Origin: an uncultured Candidatus Saccharibacteria bacterium
GTDB taxonomy: Bacteria; Patescibacteriota; Minisyncoccia; Phycocordibacterales; UBA5272
DNA: 64,000 nt
Reading direction: 5' to 3'
Assembly (NCBI GenBank): GCA_964512315.1
Contig: CAZEIK010000002.1
Coordinates: 45,304 to 109,303 of the forward strand
Shown here: piece by piece, positions 18,272 through 27,933 of the stretch
How the letters are laid out: each line of letters opens with the position of its first letter
Numbering within the stretch: position 1 is the first letter of the stretch
The notes under the pieces: generated by a model
Database searches by the model: none
What the model saw: the letters and a program-made list of their open reading frames with translations, nothing else
What the model was told of the DNA's origin: nothing
Translations under genes and position numbers: made by a program

Positions 18272-20414
18272 TAGTGGTTGCCTCTGTTGATGTGCTAAAG
18301 CCACCAGAATAGAAAGGGCAAGAGTTATTTTGCGCCCAAGCCTGAATTGGTGTATTCCATAAGTTATACTGAGGGTCGTTATAATTAGGAGATCCACCAC
18401 CAACACCAATATCTCCTAATATTGTATGAGCTGGGTTACCTTCCCCACACCAAATACCGCGTAATATAGGTAAAGTGTTTTCATTTGTAGGAGTTGGTGC
18501 GTCAAAATACGAAATAGGGGTGTTGTTTAAAGCAACACTCATAAACTTTTTCCAAATAGGAGCAACAACCATACCAGCAACCTTTTTATCTATTGGAGTA
18601 TTATCGTTATTTCCAGCCCACATTCCAACAGCAATATCTGGAGTGTAACCAATAACCCAAACATCCTTATAGTCGTTAGTTGTACCAGTTTTGGCAGCAA
18701 CAGGCCTGTCGGGGAAATAAAGCGCGCTGTTAGCCCCAAAAGCCGGTATTCTGGCGTTGTTATCAGTTAAAACATTACTTAGTGTGTCTGTGTATTCTTT
18801 TGGCACGACATCGATAGAATTCTGTGTGTATTTCTCCAAAACATTACCATTTAAATCTTTTACCTCTAGAACAAGAGCTGGTTGGTTGTACACGCCACTG
18901 TTAGCAAAAGTCGCATAAACATTAGTTAGTTCTAAAAGAGACACCTCTCCACCACCCAACACAAGAGATAAACCAAACCTAGAACTGTCAGTAAGGCTTG
19001 TAATTCCTAAGGTTTTTGCGAAGTTTAGAGCGTTTTGAACCCCGACTAAGTATAAAGTTTTTACCGCGGGGACATTGAGTGATTGTTGCAACGCCGACCT
19101 TATTGATATTGGTCCACGATATTTACCATCATAATTCACCGGCATATAACACTGCCTTTTATCCCCACCGTTCAAAGGATTGCCGTACGCATCACAAAGG
19201 GTACTAAACTGTGTCGGTAGGTCGAATAGTGTGGTGTCAGGAGTTAACCCTTTCATAAACGCTAACAGGTACACAATAGGCTTGAATGCTGAACCTGGCT
19301 GACGTAAGGCAGTCGCTATATTAAATTGCCCATCTATTTCTTTATCAAAATAATCACGAGACCCAACAAGAGACAATACTTGCCCAGTTTTTGAGTCTAT
19401 TGCAACCAAGGCAGCATTTCGAGCTTTATATTTCTGCTCATTTTCTAAAGCACCCTCTTTTACTATTTGTTCAGCGTTCTTTTGAAGATTCCAATCTATT
19501 GTGGTAATTACTTTTAGCCCACCATTTTCAACTACCTCTTCACCATACTTACTCTCAAGATAGTCTTTGACCATAAAAACAAAATGCAAAGCCTTGGCGT
19601 TATTGGTTTCTTGGGGCAAGAAGGCGACATTCTCGTTTTTGGCTTCAGAGTATTGAGTGTCGTCTATCATTTTAAGCTCAAACATTCTAGAAAGCACAAG
19701 GTTTTTTCTCTCGTCTAGGGCGGATTTATTTTTACCGTAAGGAGAATAGAATGACGGCGCCTGTGGCATTGCAGCAAGATAGGCTGCCTCAGCAAGAGTG
19801 ACATCTTTGGCCGGCTTACCAAAATAAGACTGAGAGGCCTCTTCTACCCCATAAATAGACCCCCCATAAGGAGATTCGTTCAAATACATAGTCAAAATGG
19901 TATCTTTGTCCAGTTGTGCGTCCAACTTAACAGCCAATATCCACTCTTTTACTTTTCTTATAATTGTTTTTTGCCTATCCAACAAAGCGTTTTTTACAAC
20001 TTGTTGTGTTATTGTTGACCCACCCTGTGAGTATCCGCCTGATGCAAGGTTGGCAAGCACTGCTCTCATTATTGATTGAGGTCGTATCCCGTAATGCTCG
20101 TAAAAATGAGAATCCTCAATAGCAACAGCGGCATTTTTAATATTTAGACTTATTTGATCAGACGGAACAACGGTACGTTTGATATTCTCGTGTATATTGT
20201 AGAGCACAACTTTACCAGTTCTGTCATAAATCTTGGTAGAATTGGCTATTTTACGATTCTCAAAGTCACTAAAATCAGGAAGTTTTATTGTGGCTATCCA
20301 TACAACAAAAAGCGCAGAGGTTATAAGGGTCAACCCAACCAAGGCGTAAAAAGACTCTTTCATCATATGTGAGACAAAACGAGACCTGCGATGATTGTGT
20401 TTCGGATGGTTCAT
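18258..20414 (-). CDS. Class A penicillin-binding protein (PBP1A family)
   Basis: Transglycosylase motifs EDSHFYEH, GGSTITQQ, RKVKE; transpeptidase motifs SAFK, SLN, KTGT. Confidence 0.95.
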   Translation of the reverse strand: MNHPKHNHRRSRFVSHMMKESFYALVGLTLITSALFVVWIATIKLPDFSDFENRKIANSTKIYDRTGKVVLYNIHENIKRTVVPSDQISLNIKNAAVAIEDSHFYEHYGIRPQSIMRAVLANLASGGYSQGGSTITQQVVKNALLDRQKTIIRKVKEWILAVKLDAQLDKDTILTMYLNESPYGGSIYGVEEASQSYFGKPAKDVTLAEAAYLAAMPQAPSFYSPYGKNKSALDERKNLVLSRMFELKMIDDTQYSEAKNENVAFLPQETNNAKALHFVFMVKDYLESKYGEEVVENGGLKVITTIDWNLQKNAEQIVKEGALENEQKYKARNAALVAIDSKTGQVLSLVGSRDYFDKEIDGQFNIATALRQPGSAFKPIVYLLAFMKGLTPDTTLFDLPTQFSTLCDAYGNPLNGGDKRQCYMPVNYDGKYRGPISIRSALQQSLNVPAVKTLYLVGVQNALNFAKTLGITSLTDSSRFGLSLVLGGGEVSLLELTNVYATFANSGVYNQPALVLEVKDLNGNVLEKYTQNSIDVVPKEYTDTLSNVLTDNNARIPAFGANSALYFPDRPVAAKTGTTNDYKDVWVIGYTPDIAVGMWAGNNDNTPIDKKVAGMVVAPIWKKFMSVALNNTPISYFDAPTPTNENTLPILRGIWCGEGNPAHTILGDIGVGGGSPNYNDPQYNLWNTPIQAWAQNNSCPFYSGGFSTSTEATTTIGF

Positions 20415-20434
20415 AGTTGTGATATAGTATTTAT

Positions 20435-21625
20435 ATGCCTAATACTAACACAGACGAAACCAAGATTAAACAGCTGTTGTCAAGAGCTGTGGAGGAGATT
20501 TTTGTAAAAGAAGAGATGGAAAAAGATCTCCTGTCTGGACGCGAGCTCAGAATAAAATTTGGAATAGACCCAACGGGCCCCAAAATACACCTAGGTCGCG
20601 CTATTCCAATAAGAAAGCTTCGCGAGTTTCAAAAACTAGGACACAAAATAGTTCTTATTATTGGTGACTTTACAGCACAGATAGGTGACGCTAGCGACAA
20701 GACAGAAAAGAGGCCAATGTTAACACGCGCCCAGATAGACGAGAATTTGAAAGACTATAAGAGTCAGATAGGTAAGATTTTGGATTTAGAGAAGGTTGAG
20801 TTTGTTTACAATAACGATTGGCTTTCAAAATTAACATTTCAAGATGTCACACAACTAGCGGAATGCTTCACTGTGCAGCAAATGTTAGCAAGGAGGAATT
20901 TTAAAGACAGATTCGATGCTGGTACAGAGATCTCTTTGCGTGAATTTTTATACCCACTAATGCAGGGATATGACAGCTATGCTGTGAAGTCAGATGTTGA
21001 GATTGGTGGCTACGATCAACTTTTTAACTTAAAAGCTGGTCGCGCTATACAAGAGTTCTTCGGCATGCCAAAGCAGCACATTATGAATCTCCAAATGCTA
21101 GAAGGAACAGACGGAAGAAAAATGTCTACTAGTTGGGGTAATGTTGTAACTGTAGTAGATGAGCCGAACGATATGTTTGGTAAGATTATGTCTTTGCGTG
21201 ATGAGCTTATAATTAAGTATTTCAATCTTTGTACTGACGCAGACGAGAACCAAATTAAAAAGTACGAAGAAGATTTAAAAAATGGAGTAAATCCTAGAGA
21301 TATAAAATTTATTTTAGCTGAGGAGATAGTTAAGATGTATCACAATGAGAAGGTGGCAGCCCAAGCCAAACAAAACTTTATTGAAGTATTCCAGAACAAG
21401 GGTCTGCCAGACGATATACCAGAAGTATATGCAGAAGAAAAAGAAATGTTTTCCGATGTTGCGTTAAGGTCTGGAACAGTGGAGAGTAAGAGTGAATGGA
21501 AGAGGCTTGTTGAAGAGGGTGCTGTTAGTTATGAGAGTGGCGAAGTGTTGTCTGATTACAAAGAGTTAGCCAAAAGCGCAACATTAAAAATAGGCAAAAA
21601 AAGATTTCTAAAAGTAAGAGCTTAA
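20435..21625 (+). CDS. tyrS: Tyrosine--tRNA ligase
   Basis: GIDPTG, HLGR, YPLMQGYD, GGYDQ.FN, KMSTS, C-terminal S4 domain. Confidence 0.97.
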   Translation: MPNTNTDETKIKQLLSRAVEEIFVKEEMEKDLLSGRELRIKFGIDPTGPKIHLGRAIPIRKLREFQKLGHKIVLIIGDFTAQIGDASDKTEKRPMLTRAQIDENLKDYKSQIGKILDLEKVEFVYNNDWLSKLTFQDVTQLAECFTVQQMLARRNFKDRFDAGTEISLREFLYPLMQGYDSYAVKSDVEIGGYDQLFNLKAGRAIQEFFGMPKQHIMNLQMLEGTDGRKMSTSWGNVVTVVDEPNDMFGKIMSLRDELIIKYFNLCTDADENQIKKYEEDLKNGVNPRDIKFILAEEIVKMYHNEKVAAQAKQNFIEVFQNKGLPDDIPEVYAEEKEMFSDVALRSGTVESKSEWKRLVEEGAVSYESGEVLSDYKELAKSATLKIGKKRFLKVRA

Positions 21626-21798
21626 TACCAATCTCTGGGGTCGTCGTGAGGGAATGCTATATCCAACTCGTCATCGTCATCACTTAATATAAAAACCTCC
21701 TCCTCTTCTAGCTCAACATATCCATCATCACCAAGAGCTGCATCTAAGGCATCCGGGTTAACTGAGTCTTCATTTACAGGTTTTTCCTCTTCTTCCAT
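21622..21798 (-). CDS. Small highly acidic protein, 58 aa (not in the ORF track)
   Basis: Manual translation MEEEEKPVNEDSVNPDALDAALGDDGYVELEEEEVFILSDDDDELDIAFPHDDPRDWY; fills the gap after ruvC. Confidence 0.65.
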   Translation of the reverse strand: MEEEEKPVNEDSVNPDALDAALGDDGYVELEEEEVFILSDDDDELDIAFPHDDPRDWY

Positions 21799-21825
21799 AT
21801 TTGTTTTTTGATTCTTGATAAGATA

Positions 21826-22317
21826 TCAAATTGTTTTTAAATATGCAAGGGCTGCTAGTCCTGACGCCACCGCATCGTATTCATCATCTAGCCCAGTCTT
21901 AGCAACATGCTTACTAATTAGCTTAACCATTTTAATAACCTGATCCTTTTTTGCATTACCAACACCAGTCACAGCTAGCTTTATTTTCTGTGGGGTCATC
22001 TCTACGATTTTTATTCCGCGCCTAACACAAATCAACTTAACAGCCCCTTTAATCTCAGCAACATTAATAACACTCTTTGCGTTGTCGTGCATAAACACAG
22101 ACTCGACACATAATATTTCTGGGTGATATTCATCTAGAACTTTTTCAAACTCACTTATAACTTGCATAAGACGCGCCTCAAAAGTTAAAGTTTTGGATGT
22201 CTGAAAGCAGTCAGAGAATAACACGGAGTCTTTATAATTCTCTCTAACAACAACTGCGACACCAAAACGATCGAACCCTGGATCAACAGCAACCACAACA
22301 GTTTTATTTTGCTGCAT
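21826..22317 (-). CDS. ruvC: Holliday junction resolvase RuvC
   Basis: VDPG, CVESVF, TPQKIKLAVTG.G.A.K.QV..MV, DDEYDA. Confidence 0.94.
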   Translation of the reverse strand: MQQNKTVVVAVDPGFDRFGVAVVVRENYKDSVLFSDCFQTSKTLTFEARLMQVISEFEKVLDEYHPEILCVESVFMHDNAKSVINVAEIKGAVKLICVRRGIKIVEMTPQKIKLAVTGVGNAKKDQVIKMVKLISKHVAKTGLDDEYDAVASGLAALAYLKTI

Positions 22318-23287
22318 AGTCTTTACCTTTCTGTGTTAGTTGTCTTCCGCGTGTGGTTTTTTCTATTAGACCCATTTGTAAGAGATACGGCTCTAATACA
22401 TCTTCTAGCGTACTCTCTTCCTCTGAGAGTGCCGCCGCAAGAGTAGAGAGTCCAACCGGGCCGCCCGAGAATTTATCTAATATAGTTTTTAAATACTCTC
22501 TTTCGTTGTGACCCAAACCTTCCTCATCAATTTCTAAAAGGTCTAAAGATTTTTTTACTGTAAAAACATCAAGAGGCAACTCATGAACCTCAGCATAATC
22601 ACGAGCACGCTTGAGGTAGAAGTTGGCAATACGTGGGGTGAATCTCGAGCGCTTAGCTATTTCGAGGGCCGCCTCGTGAGATATTTTTGCTCCAAGCTTC
22701 TCTGAGCTCTTCTCCACAATTTGCGCCAACTCTTCTAAGGTGTAGAATTGTAAACGGTATACACCACCTGAGAATCTTGATCGCAGTGGTGACGAGAGTA
22801 GCGACACACGTGTTGTGGCACCAACAAGAGTAAATGGCGGTATGTCTAATTGTATACTTCTTGCGGCTGGACCTTTGCCGATAATAATATCAAGAACACC
22901 TGATTCCATTGCAGGATATAGCACCTCCTCAATCATTTTGTTAAGGCGGTGTATCTCGTCGATGAACAGAACATCATGCGGTTGCAAGTTGGTTAATATA
23001 GCAGCCAAGTCACCAACTTTTGTAAGAGTGGGTCCAGATGTTACTTTTATATTTGTATTAAGTGTTCTTGCTACTATGTGAGCGAGAGTTGTTTTACCTA
23101 GTCCTGGTGGACCATATAACAAAATATGCTCAGGGGGCGTTCCGCGTGAGAGGGCTGCGCGTAAGAGTACGTCTATATTTTTTTTAATCTGGGTCTGACC
23201 AATATAATGTTCAAAAGTTGTCGGGCGAAGGCTCGAATCTAGATGTCTACTCTCCTCATTTTTAACTTCTTCTTGACCACTTGACAT
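22304..23287 (-). CDS. ruvB: Holliday junction branch-migration ATPase RuvB
   Basis: LRP, GPPGLGKTTLA, FIDEIHRL, EEVLYPAME, GATTR, GGPVGL. Confidence 0.98.
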   Translation of the reverse strand: MSSGQEEVKNEESRHLDSSLRPTTFEHYIGQTQIKKNIDVLLRAALSRGTPPEHILLYGPPGLGKTTLAHIVARTLNTNIKVTSGPTLTKVGDLAAILTNLQPHDVLFIDEIHRLNKMIEEVLYPAMESGVLDIIIGKGPAARSIQLDIPPFTLVGATTRVSLLSSPLRSRFSGGVYRLQFYTLEELAQIVEKSSEKLGAKISHEAALEIAKRSRFTPRIANFYLKRARDYAEVHELPLDVFTVKKSLDLLEIDEEGLGHNEREYLKTILDKFSGGPVGLSTLAAALSEEESTLEDVLEPYLLQMGLIEKTTRGRQLTQKGKDYAAK

Positions 23288-23308
23288 AGAATTTAATTAT
23301 GTTATAAT
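23281..23308 (+). promoter_or_regulatory. Consensus sigma70 promoter for the 6S-like RNA
   Basis: TTGACA (23281-86), 16 bp spacer, TATAAT (23303-08); no + strand ORF follows. Confidence 0.75.
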
Positions 23309-23314
23309 TGTCCA

Positions 23315-23480
23315 CAGTTCAATCTTTTAAAAAGCTCGTCAATCTTTAAGCAATCGGGTTCGCCCATACTTCTATTACGAAGGACGTTTTGGTTCTAAAG
23401 CATTTGCTTTACTACTGCGGCTATCCTTATGTAGGAAATATTCTTCACCAAGGGGTTGTTTAAAGATTAATGAGCTTTTT
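23315..23480 (+). ncRNA. Candidate 6S RNA (long rod-shaped structured RNA)
   Basis: About 26 bp closing stem (23330-23355 with ~23454-23479; three of four mismatches are G-U on the + strand), central bubble, inner stem, apical hairpin TAAAGC-ATTT-GCTTTA. Confidence 0.55.
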
Positions 23481-25173
23481 ATTTTTCGTACAGATCAACA
23501 ACTGTTCCCAACTCCTCTAGCGAGGTGACCCCGTCTAGTACCTTCATTATACCATCTTCTCTCATTGAGGGTATCATTTGTTTTGCCGCTACAGCTTTTA
23601 TCTCTCTTTCACCAGCACCACCAACAGCAGCAGTCTCTATTTCTCCTGTCATTTGTATTGCTTCGTATATACCAGTTCTACCTTTGTAACCATTGTTGCA
23701 CTTATCACAACCCCCATCCTTGGCTACAAATATTTGATATATTTTTTGTGGTGGATGAGCTACGTCTTTACCTTCGGAGACCATGTTACCAATTACATCA
23801 GTTATTAATTTTGACTCTTCTGCTGTTGCGTCTCTTCTTTCTTTACAATTTACACACAACTTCCTACACAATCTTTGTGCCATTACAAGAGTAAGCGACG
23901 AGGCTAATGTCTTAGCATCAACCCCGAGGTCTATCATGCGAGGTATTGATCCTGCTGCCGAGTTGGTGTGTAGGGTAGAGAGTACTATGTGACCAGTTAG
24001 TGCCGCGCTCGCTGCTACCTTTGCTGTGTCTTCATCACGGATCTCACCCACCATAATTACATCTGGGTCTTGGCGTAATGCAGCACGCAGTCCGAGTAGA
24101 AAAGTGTAATCTTTTTTCTGGTCGACTTGTGTCTGGGTTATTCCGTCTAAGTGATACTCGATAGGGTCTTCGATAGTGATTATTTTTTTCTCAGATGTGT
24201 AGACTTTACGAAGACAGGCATACAAAGTTGTAGACTTACCTGATCCAGTTGGTCCAGTAGTTAAGACCATACCATAAGGCTTCTTTATTGCGCGGTCGAG
24301 TACACCTAACACCTTTTCATTCATACCTAACTGGTCAAATCCAACATTAGCAGCCTTAGGGTCCAAGATTCTCATTACATAATTTTCACCATAATTGCCA
24401 GGCACAACCGACACACGCACTTCTATTTTGTCTCCGCCCCAATCAATTTCAAATCTTCCATCTTGCGCAGACTTTTGTATAGAGAGCTTCATCCCGGCGA
24501 GCAGTTTAAGACGACTATTAAGTAAATTAAAAGTCTTTTCATCAGTGAAGAATATATCTTGTAGGGCGCCATCTATACGATATCTAACTTTCACAGTGCC
24601 ATCTTCTGGTTCTATATGTATATCGCTCGCGGTGAAGTGTATGGCACCAACTAGTGACATCTCAATTATTTTCGAAACTCTCTCTCTGTCACTATTCATA
24701 ATAACTTGTTCCAACTTATCCCTGAATGTCTGCAGGTTGCTAACATCCTCCAGCAACTCCCTTAAGTGAGACTCGCTTAGGTTGACCAACCCCCTTTCTA
24801 CAACCGTCCCAGCATCCAGGTCAGCGTAACGCGCCCACACTTTTTTAACTGACGTATCAGATGCAATATATATTATCGGTTTATCACCTTTGTTAGAAAG
24901 CTTCGCCAAGTACTCAACAACATCGTCACGAGTCGGGTCTGATATTGCTATGTGAAGCTGTCTACCAACCATTTTAAATGGAGCAAAGGAGTATTTTTGT
25001 GCATCTTCTAAGGGGAGTGCTGCTAGCGCATCCATTTCAGGAGACTTAATACGAAGGTCTATGTAAGGGAGACCTGTTTGGGCAGCCAGGAACTCCGCCT
25101 CTTTTTCTTCATCTTCCGCAGCCAATTTGTTCAGGCTTGTTTTGATTTTTAGCTCTGCAATATCATCGATCAT
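23479..25173 (-). CDS. Type IV pilus assembly ATPase, PilB/GspE family
   Basis: ASDIHIEP, RYRIDG, TGPTGSGKSTTLY, TIEDPIEY, LRQDPDVIMVGEIRD, STLHTN, tetracysteine motif. Confidence 0.95.
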   Translation of the reverse strand: MIDDIAELKIKTSLNKLAAEDEEKEAEFLAAQTGLPYIDLRIKSPEMDALAALPLEDAQKYSFAPFKMVGRQLHIAISDPTRDDVVEYLAKLSNKGDKPIIYIASDTSVKKVWARYADLDAGTVVERGLVNLSESHLRELLEDVSNLQTFRDKLEQVIMNSDRERVSKIIEMSLVGAIHFTASDIHIEPEDGTVKVRYRIDGALQDIFFTDEKTFNLLNSRLKLLAGMKLSIQKSAQDGRFEIDWGGDKIEVRVSVVPGNYGENYVMRILDPKAANVGFDQLGMNEKVLGVLDRAIKKPYGMVLTTGPTGSGKSTTLYACLRKVYTSEKKIITIEDPIEYHLDGITQTQVDQKKDYTFLLGLRAALRQDPDVIMVGEIRDEDTAKVAASAALTGHIVLSTLHTNSAAGSIPRMIDLGVDAKTLASSLTLVMAQRLCRKLCVNCKERRDATAEESKLITDVIGNMVSEGKDVAHPPQKIYQIFVAKDGGCDKCNNGYKGRTGIYEAIQMTGEIETAAVGGAGEREIKAVAAKQMIPSMREDGIMKVLDGVTSLEELGTVVDLYEK

Positions 25174-25221
25174 GCTTATATTATAACCAATAAAATCTAT
25201 ATAAATATAATCTTTTACACC

Positions 25222-25249
25222 TTGACAAAAGTATTATTTAGTGTATACT
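25222..25249 (+). promoter_or_regulatory. sigma70-type promoter
   Basis: TTGACA-N16-TATACT. Confidence 0.7.
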
Positions 25250-25315
25250 AGTGTTAGTAATCTGATCATTCATTTTGCGGTGAGATAATATCAACAACCC
25301 GCCAAGGAGACGCGA

Positions 25316-25624
25316 ATGCGTTCAATTTTCATTATCGCAGGACTCGCTTCGCTCGCCTTATCAGGCTGTGTTACGATTGTTGCGCGAGAACAACCGGCGC
25401 AACAGGCGGTCTATTACCGCCAAGCGCCAGCACCTGTTGTAAATGGCCTTCCTCAAGGTTGTCAGCGCACCATTTACGGTACGCACTGCAATCAGGCGGA
25501 TGGTTACATCCTCCAGGCGCCGCAAGTGCCAGGCCGCACGGCTCAGCCGGGTGCCGGTCAGCCGACTTGCCCCTACGGTGGTACGCTACGCACAGTCAAC
25601 GGACAACTCTTGTGTGTCCGCTGA
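25316..25624 (+). CDS. Small putative lipoprotein (ORFan)
   Basis: SD AAGGAG; lipobox LSGC; four further Cys. Confidence 0.75.
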   Translation: MRSIFIIAGLASLALSGCVTIVAREQPAQQAVYYRQAPAPVVNGLPQGCQRTIYGTHCNQADGYILQAPQVPGRTAQPGAGQPTCPYGGTLRTVNGQLLCVR

Positions 25625-25712
25625 CACCAACTTTCACTTTTAGGGTACCGGGACTGTGATCACTCCCAAGCGCTCGCTTATCCTTCCCCGGACGAGCTGC
25701 TGATATTCCCTG

Positions 25713-25742
25713 AACGGACCCCTGTGGTCCGTTTTTCTTTTT
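25713..25742 (+). terminator. Intrinsic terminator
   Basis: AACGGACC-loop-GGTCCGTT followed by a T tract. Confidence 0.75.
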
Positions 25743-25776
25743 ATATAAAGTAATAAAAAATATTAAATGTATAGTC

Positions 25777-25804
25777 TTGACAAAAGATTAAAAACATGTA
25801 TACT
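25777..25804 (+). promoter_or_regulatory. sigma70-type promoter
   Basis: TTGACA-N16-TATACT, same CTTGACAAAAG...TGTATACT layout as at 25222. Confidence 0.7.
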
Positions 25805-25905
25805 TATACACAGAGGTTTTGAGAAATTATCTTGAATAAATTAGGGTAATTTACAAAACTTTACTTTCACAACCAACGCGGCAGCCCGCCGCAAAAGGAA
25901 AATGT

Positions 25906-26862
25906 ATGGCAGCAGCTGCCCCCCGCCCCGTCGCCCCTCGAGTTCGTCCCGCTGCGCATCGCCGCAGTTGGACGAAGTGGCTCAAGTATGCAGGATACAC
26001 CATCTTCGCTCTGCTTGCAGCTGCCTTTTTACTCTGGCTCGCGGCATTGATGTTCTCACCGGTTATCAGCTGGTGGAACACGTCGTCGTTCAGCGCATGG
26101 TCTTCGGATCGTGCGTTGGCGTCAGCCCGCGACAACTTGAGTGCAAATCGCAAAGTCGCGAACAACAGCGGTCGCATCAAGGCGATCGACAGCAAAACCC
26201 CTGATCTCGTCGACTCCGCCAACACGGCAGGCGAGCGAGCTGAAGGAAAAACCTTAACTCGCCAGCTGGCGAGAGAGCGTGCCGCTACGGTTCGAGATCA
26301 GGCGGCAGAGATGAAAAACTCAGCCGCGGTATCTCGTGCCGATGCAGCCGAGATAGCCCTCTCTGCTTGTGACGACGGTGATGATGCTTGCATTGAGCGA
26401 GCCCTCAAGCTTCTGCGCCCACCGTTCATGGTGAAGCAGGAAATGGATGAGCTCGCGGCTGCGAAAAAAGCAGCCGAAGATGCGAAAGCTGCCCAAAAGG
26501 TGGCTGAGGATGCTCTTGCGAAAGAGAAAGCCAAGCCAGCAAAGGTGGTTCGTATTCCTGGTCCTACGGTGTACTTGCCGCAACCAGTGGCCACGCCACC
26601 CTCAGCAGCTCTGGCAATCGTCCCGTCTCGCCCAACTACTACACCAGCAGCACCGTCCAGCGGAGCTGTGCCCTGCACATTTAGCCGGCACGGTGTCGCG
26701 ATCGAGACGTTCACCGTCTCGTCTGGAGAGGAATGCAAGAGAGCGACGTTCGAAAAGAACGAAGCCTTCATCTTCCGTGAGTGCGTCCAAAAGTGGGGGC
26801 AAGACCACTGCATCAAGCAGCGAGATATTCGCAAGCAGGCGCAAGGGCAAAACTCTTGGTAG
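25906..26862 (+). CDS. Membrane-anchored Ala-rich coiled-coil protein (ORFan)
   Basis: SD AAGGA, TM helix, Ala/Lys coiled coil, Pro linker, Cys-containing C-terminal domain. Confidence 0.75.
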   Translation: MAAAAPRPVAPRVRPAAHRRSWTKWLKYAGYTIFALLAAAFLLWLAALMFSPVISWWNTSSFSAWSSDRALASARDNLSANRKVANNSGRIKAIDSKTPDLVDSANTAGERAEGKTLTRQLARERAATVRDQAAEMKNSAAVSRADAAEIALSACDDGDDACIERALKLLRPPFMVKQEMDELAAAKKAAEDAKAAQKVAEDALAKEKAKPAKVVRIPGPTVYLPQPVATPPSAALAIVPSRPTTTPAAPSSGAVPCTFSRHGVAIETFTVSSGEECKRATFEKNEAFIFRECVQKWGQDHCIKQRDIRKQAQGQNSW

Positions 26863-26877
26863 GAATTTCCCTACCGC

Positions 26878-26907
26878 AAAGGTCCGTCGTAACGACGGCC
26901 TTTTTTT
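26878..26907 (+). terminator. Intrinsic terminator
   Basis: AAAGGTCCGTC-GTAAC-GACGGCCTTT followed by a T run. Confidence 0.75.
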
Positions 26908-26973
26908 ATTTTGACAACAAAACTTTTTGTTGTTAGTGTTTAGTAGTCTTTAACTATACAAGGAGCAAGAGAC

Positions 26974-27444
26974 GTGACGTTCTTTAAAACAATTTTTATG
27001 TTGGCAAGCTTTCTGCTTGCCGGTGTGGCTGCCTCTCAGGTCTGTGAGTTGAGTAAGGGTTGCAATGACCCTAACAGCATCGGTGCCAGGGTTACCTTGC
27101 CCGGTGTTGGTGTTAAGGCGCCGCCACCAGCAAACACAGCTTCTGTCACGCAGAATATTGGTGTAGGTGTTGACGTCAAAATCATCCCCGAGATCACCTC
27201 CGTGACGGTGGACAGCTCTCGTTTGCGAGGTATCTGCATCTCGTGGGAAAATGGCGAGCCGTGTCCGGCAGCAAAGGCAATTGACTCACCGGTCAGGGAG
27301 GTAAAAGCTTCGGAACAAAAACCGAAACAACTCAAACCCTCAAAACAGGCAAGTCGTTCAAAAGTTGCAACGGTGACTATTCCGGCTTCCGAATATGAAA
27401 AACTCGTCAAGAGTTGCAGCAAACCAGCAGCACAAAAACCTTAA
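26974..27444 (+). CDS. Secreted Cys-containing protein, paralog of 27460..27879
   Basis: SD AAGGAG, signal peptide, GCNDPNSI...LP...PPP...IIPEITSVTV...CISWENGEPC. Confidence 0.75.
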   Translation: MTFFKTIFMLASFLLAGVAASQVCELSKGCNDPNSIGARVTLPGVGVKAPPPANTASVTQNIGVGVDVKIIPEITSVTVDSSRLRGICISWENGEPCPAAKAIDSPVREVKASEQKPKQLKPSKQASRSKVATVTIPASEYEKLVKSCSKPAAQKP

Positions 27445-27459
27445 TAGGAGAGAAGTGAG

Positions 27460-27879
27460 ATGAGAAAGCATTTGTTGTCGTTATGGCTCTTTCTTTCGGT
27501 GTTGGCAATGCCAATCTTTGCAGAAGAAAGGGAAGCGGGACTGTGTCAGGGTTGCAAAGACCCTAACGCAATCTCAACAACCATAAAACTGCCCACACCT
27601 AGTGTGCAGTCGCCACCACCAGTTACATTGCCGCCCGTGTATCAAGACGTGTATCAGCCGGTTGTGCAGCGTATACACCCTCAGATCGTTTCTGTGCAGG
27701 TGGCGGAGACGGTTGGTGTTGTGTGTGTTAATTGGCAGAACGTGCCTTGTTCTTGTGCTGTTGCTCCGGCACCAGACATGCGCAGGTGCGCCATCCATAA
27801 AGGGCGTCCAGATTTAGGGTTTTTCCCAGGTTTGTTTTCCCAAAATGGCTGCGAGGAAGAGCGGGCACGAAGAAAATGA
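27460..27879 (+). CDS. Secreted Cys-containing protein, paralog of 26974..27444
   Basis: SD AGGAG, signal peptide, GCKDPNAI...LP...PPP...IHPQIVSVQV...CVNWQNVPC. Confidence 0.75.
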   Translation: MRKHLLSLWLFLSVLAMPIFAEEREAGLCQGCKDPNAISTTIKLPTPSVQSPPPVTLPPVYQDVYQPVVQRIHPQIVSVQVAETVGVVCVNWQNVPCSCAVAPAPDMRRCAIHKGRPDLGFFPGLFSQNGCEEERARRK

Positions 27880-27902
27880 TGCTTGACCGGCGGTTTTCCG
27901 CC

Positions 27903-27933
27903 AAGACCCAGACGCTGTTTGTCTGGGTTTTTT
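27903..27933 (+). terminator. Intrinsic terminator
   Basis: ACCCAGAC-loop-GTCTGGGT followed by a T run. Confidence 0.75.

Noticed and set aside
23330-23479. MITE with terminal inverted repeats
   Set aside because: Single copy in the window, G-U-biased mismatches, internal stems and a dedicated promoter favour a structured RNA; not fully excluded
25851-27817. Long alternative-frame and antisense ORFs in the GC-rich cassettes (e.g. 26298-26834 -, 26447-26914 +)
   Set aside because: Expected shadows of GC-rich coding DNA; promoter, SD, signal peptide and terminator all support the chosen frames
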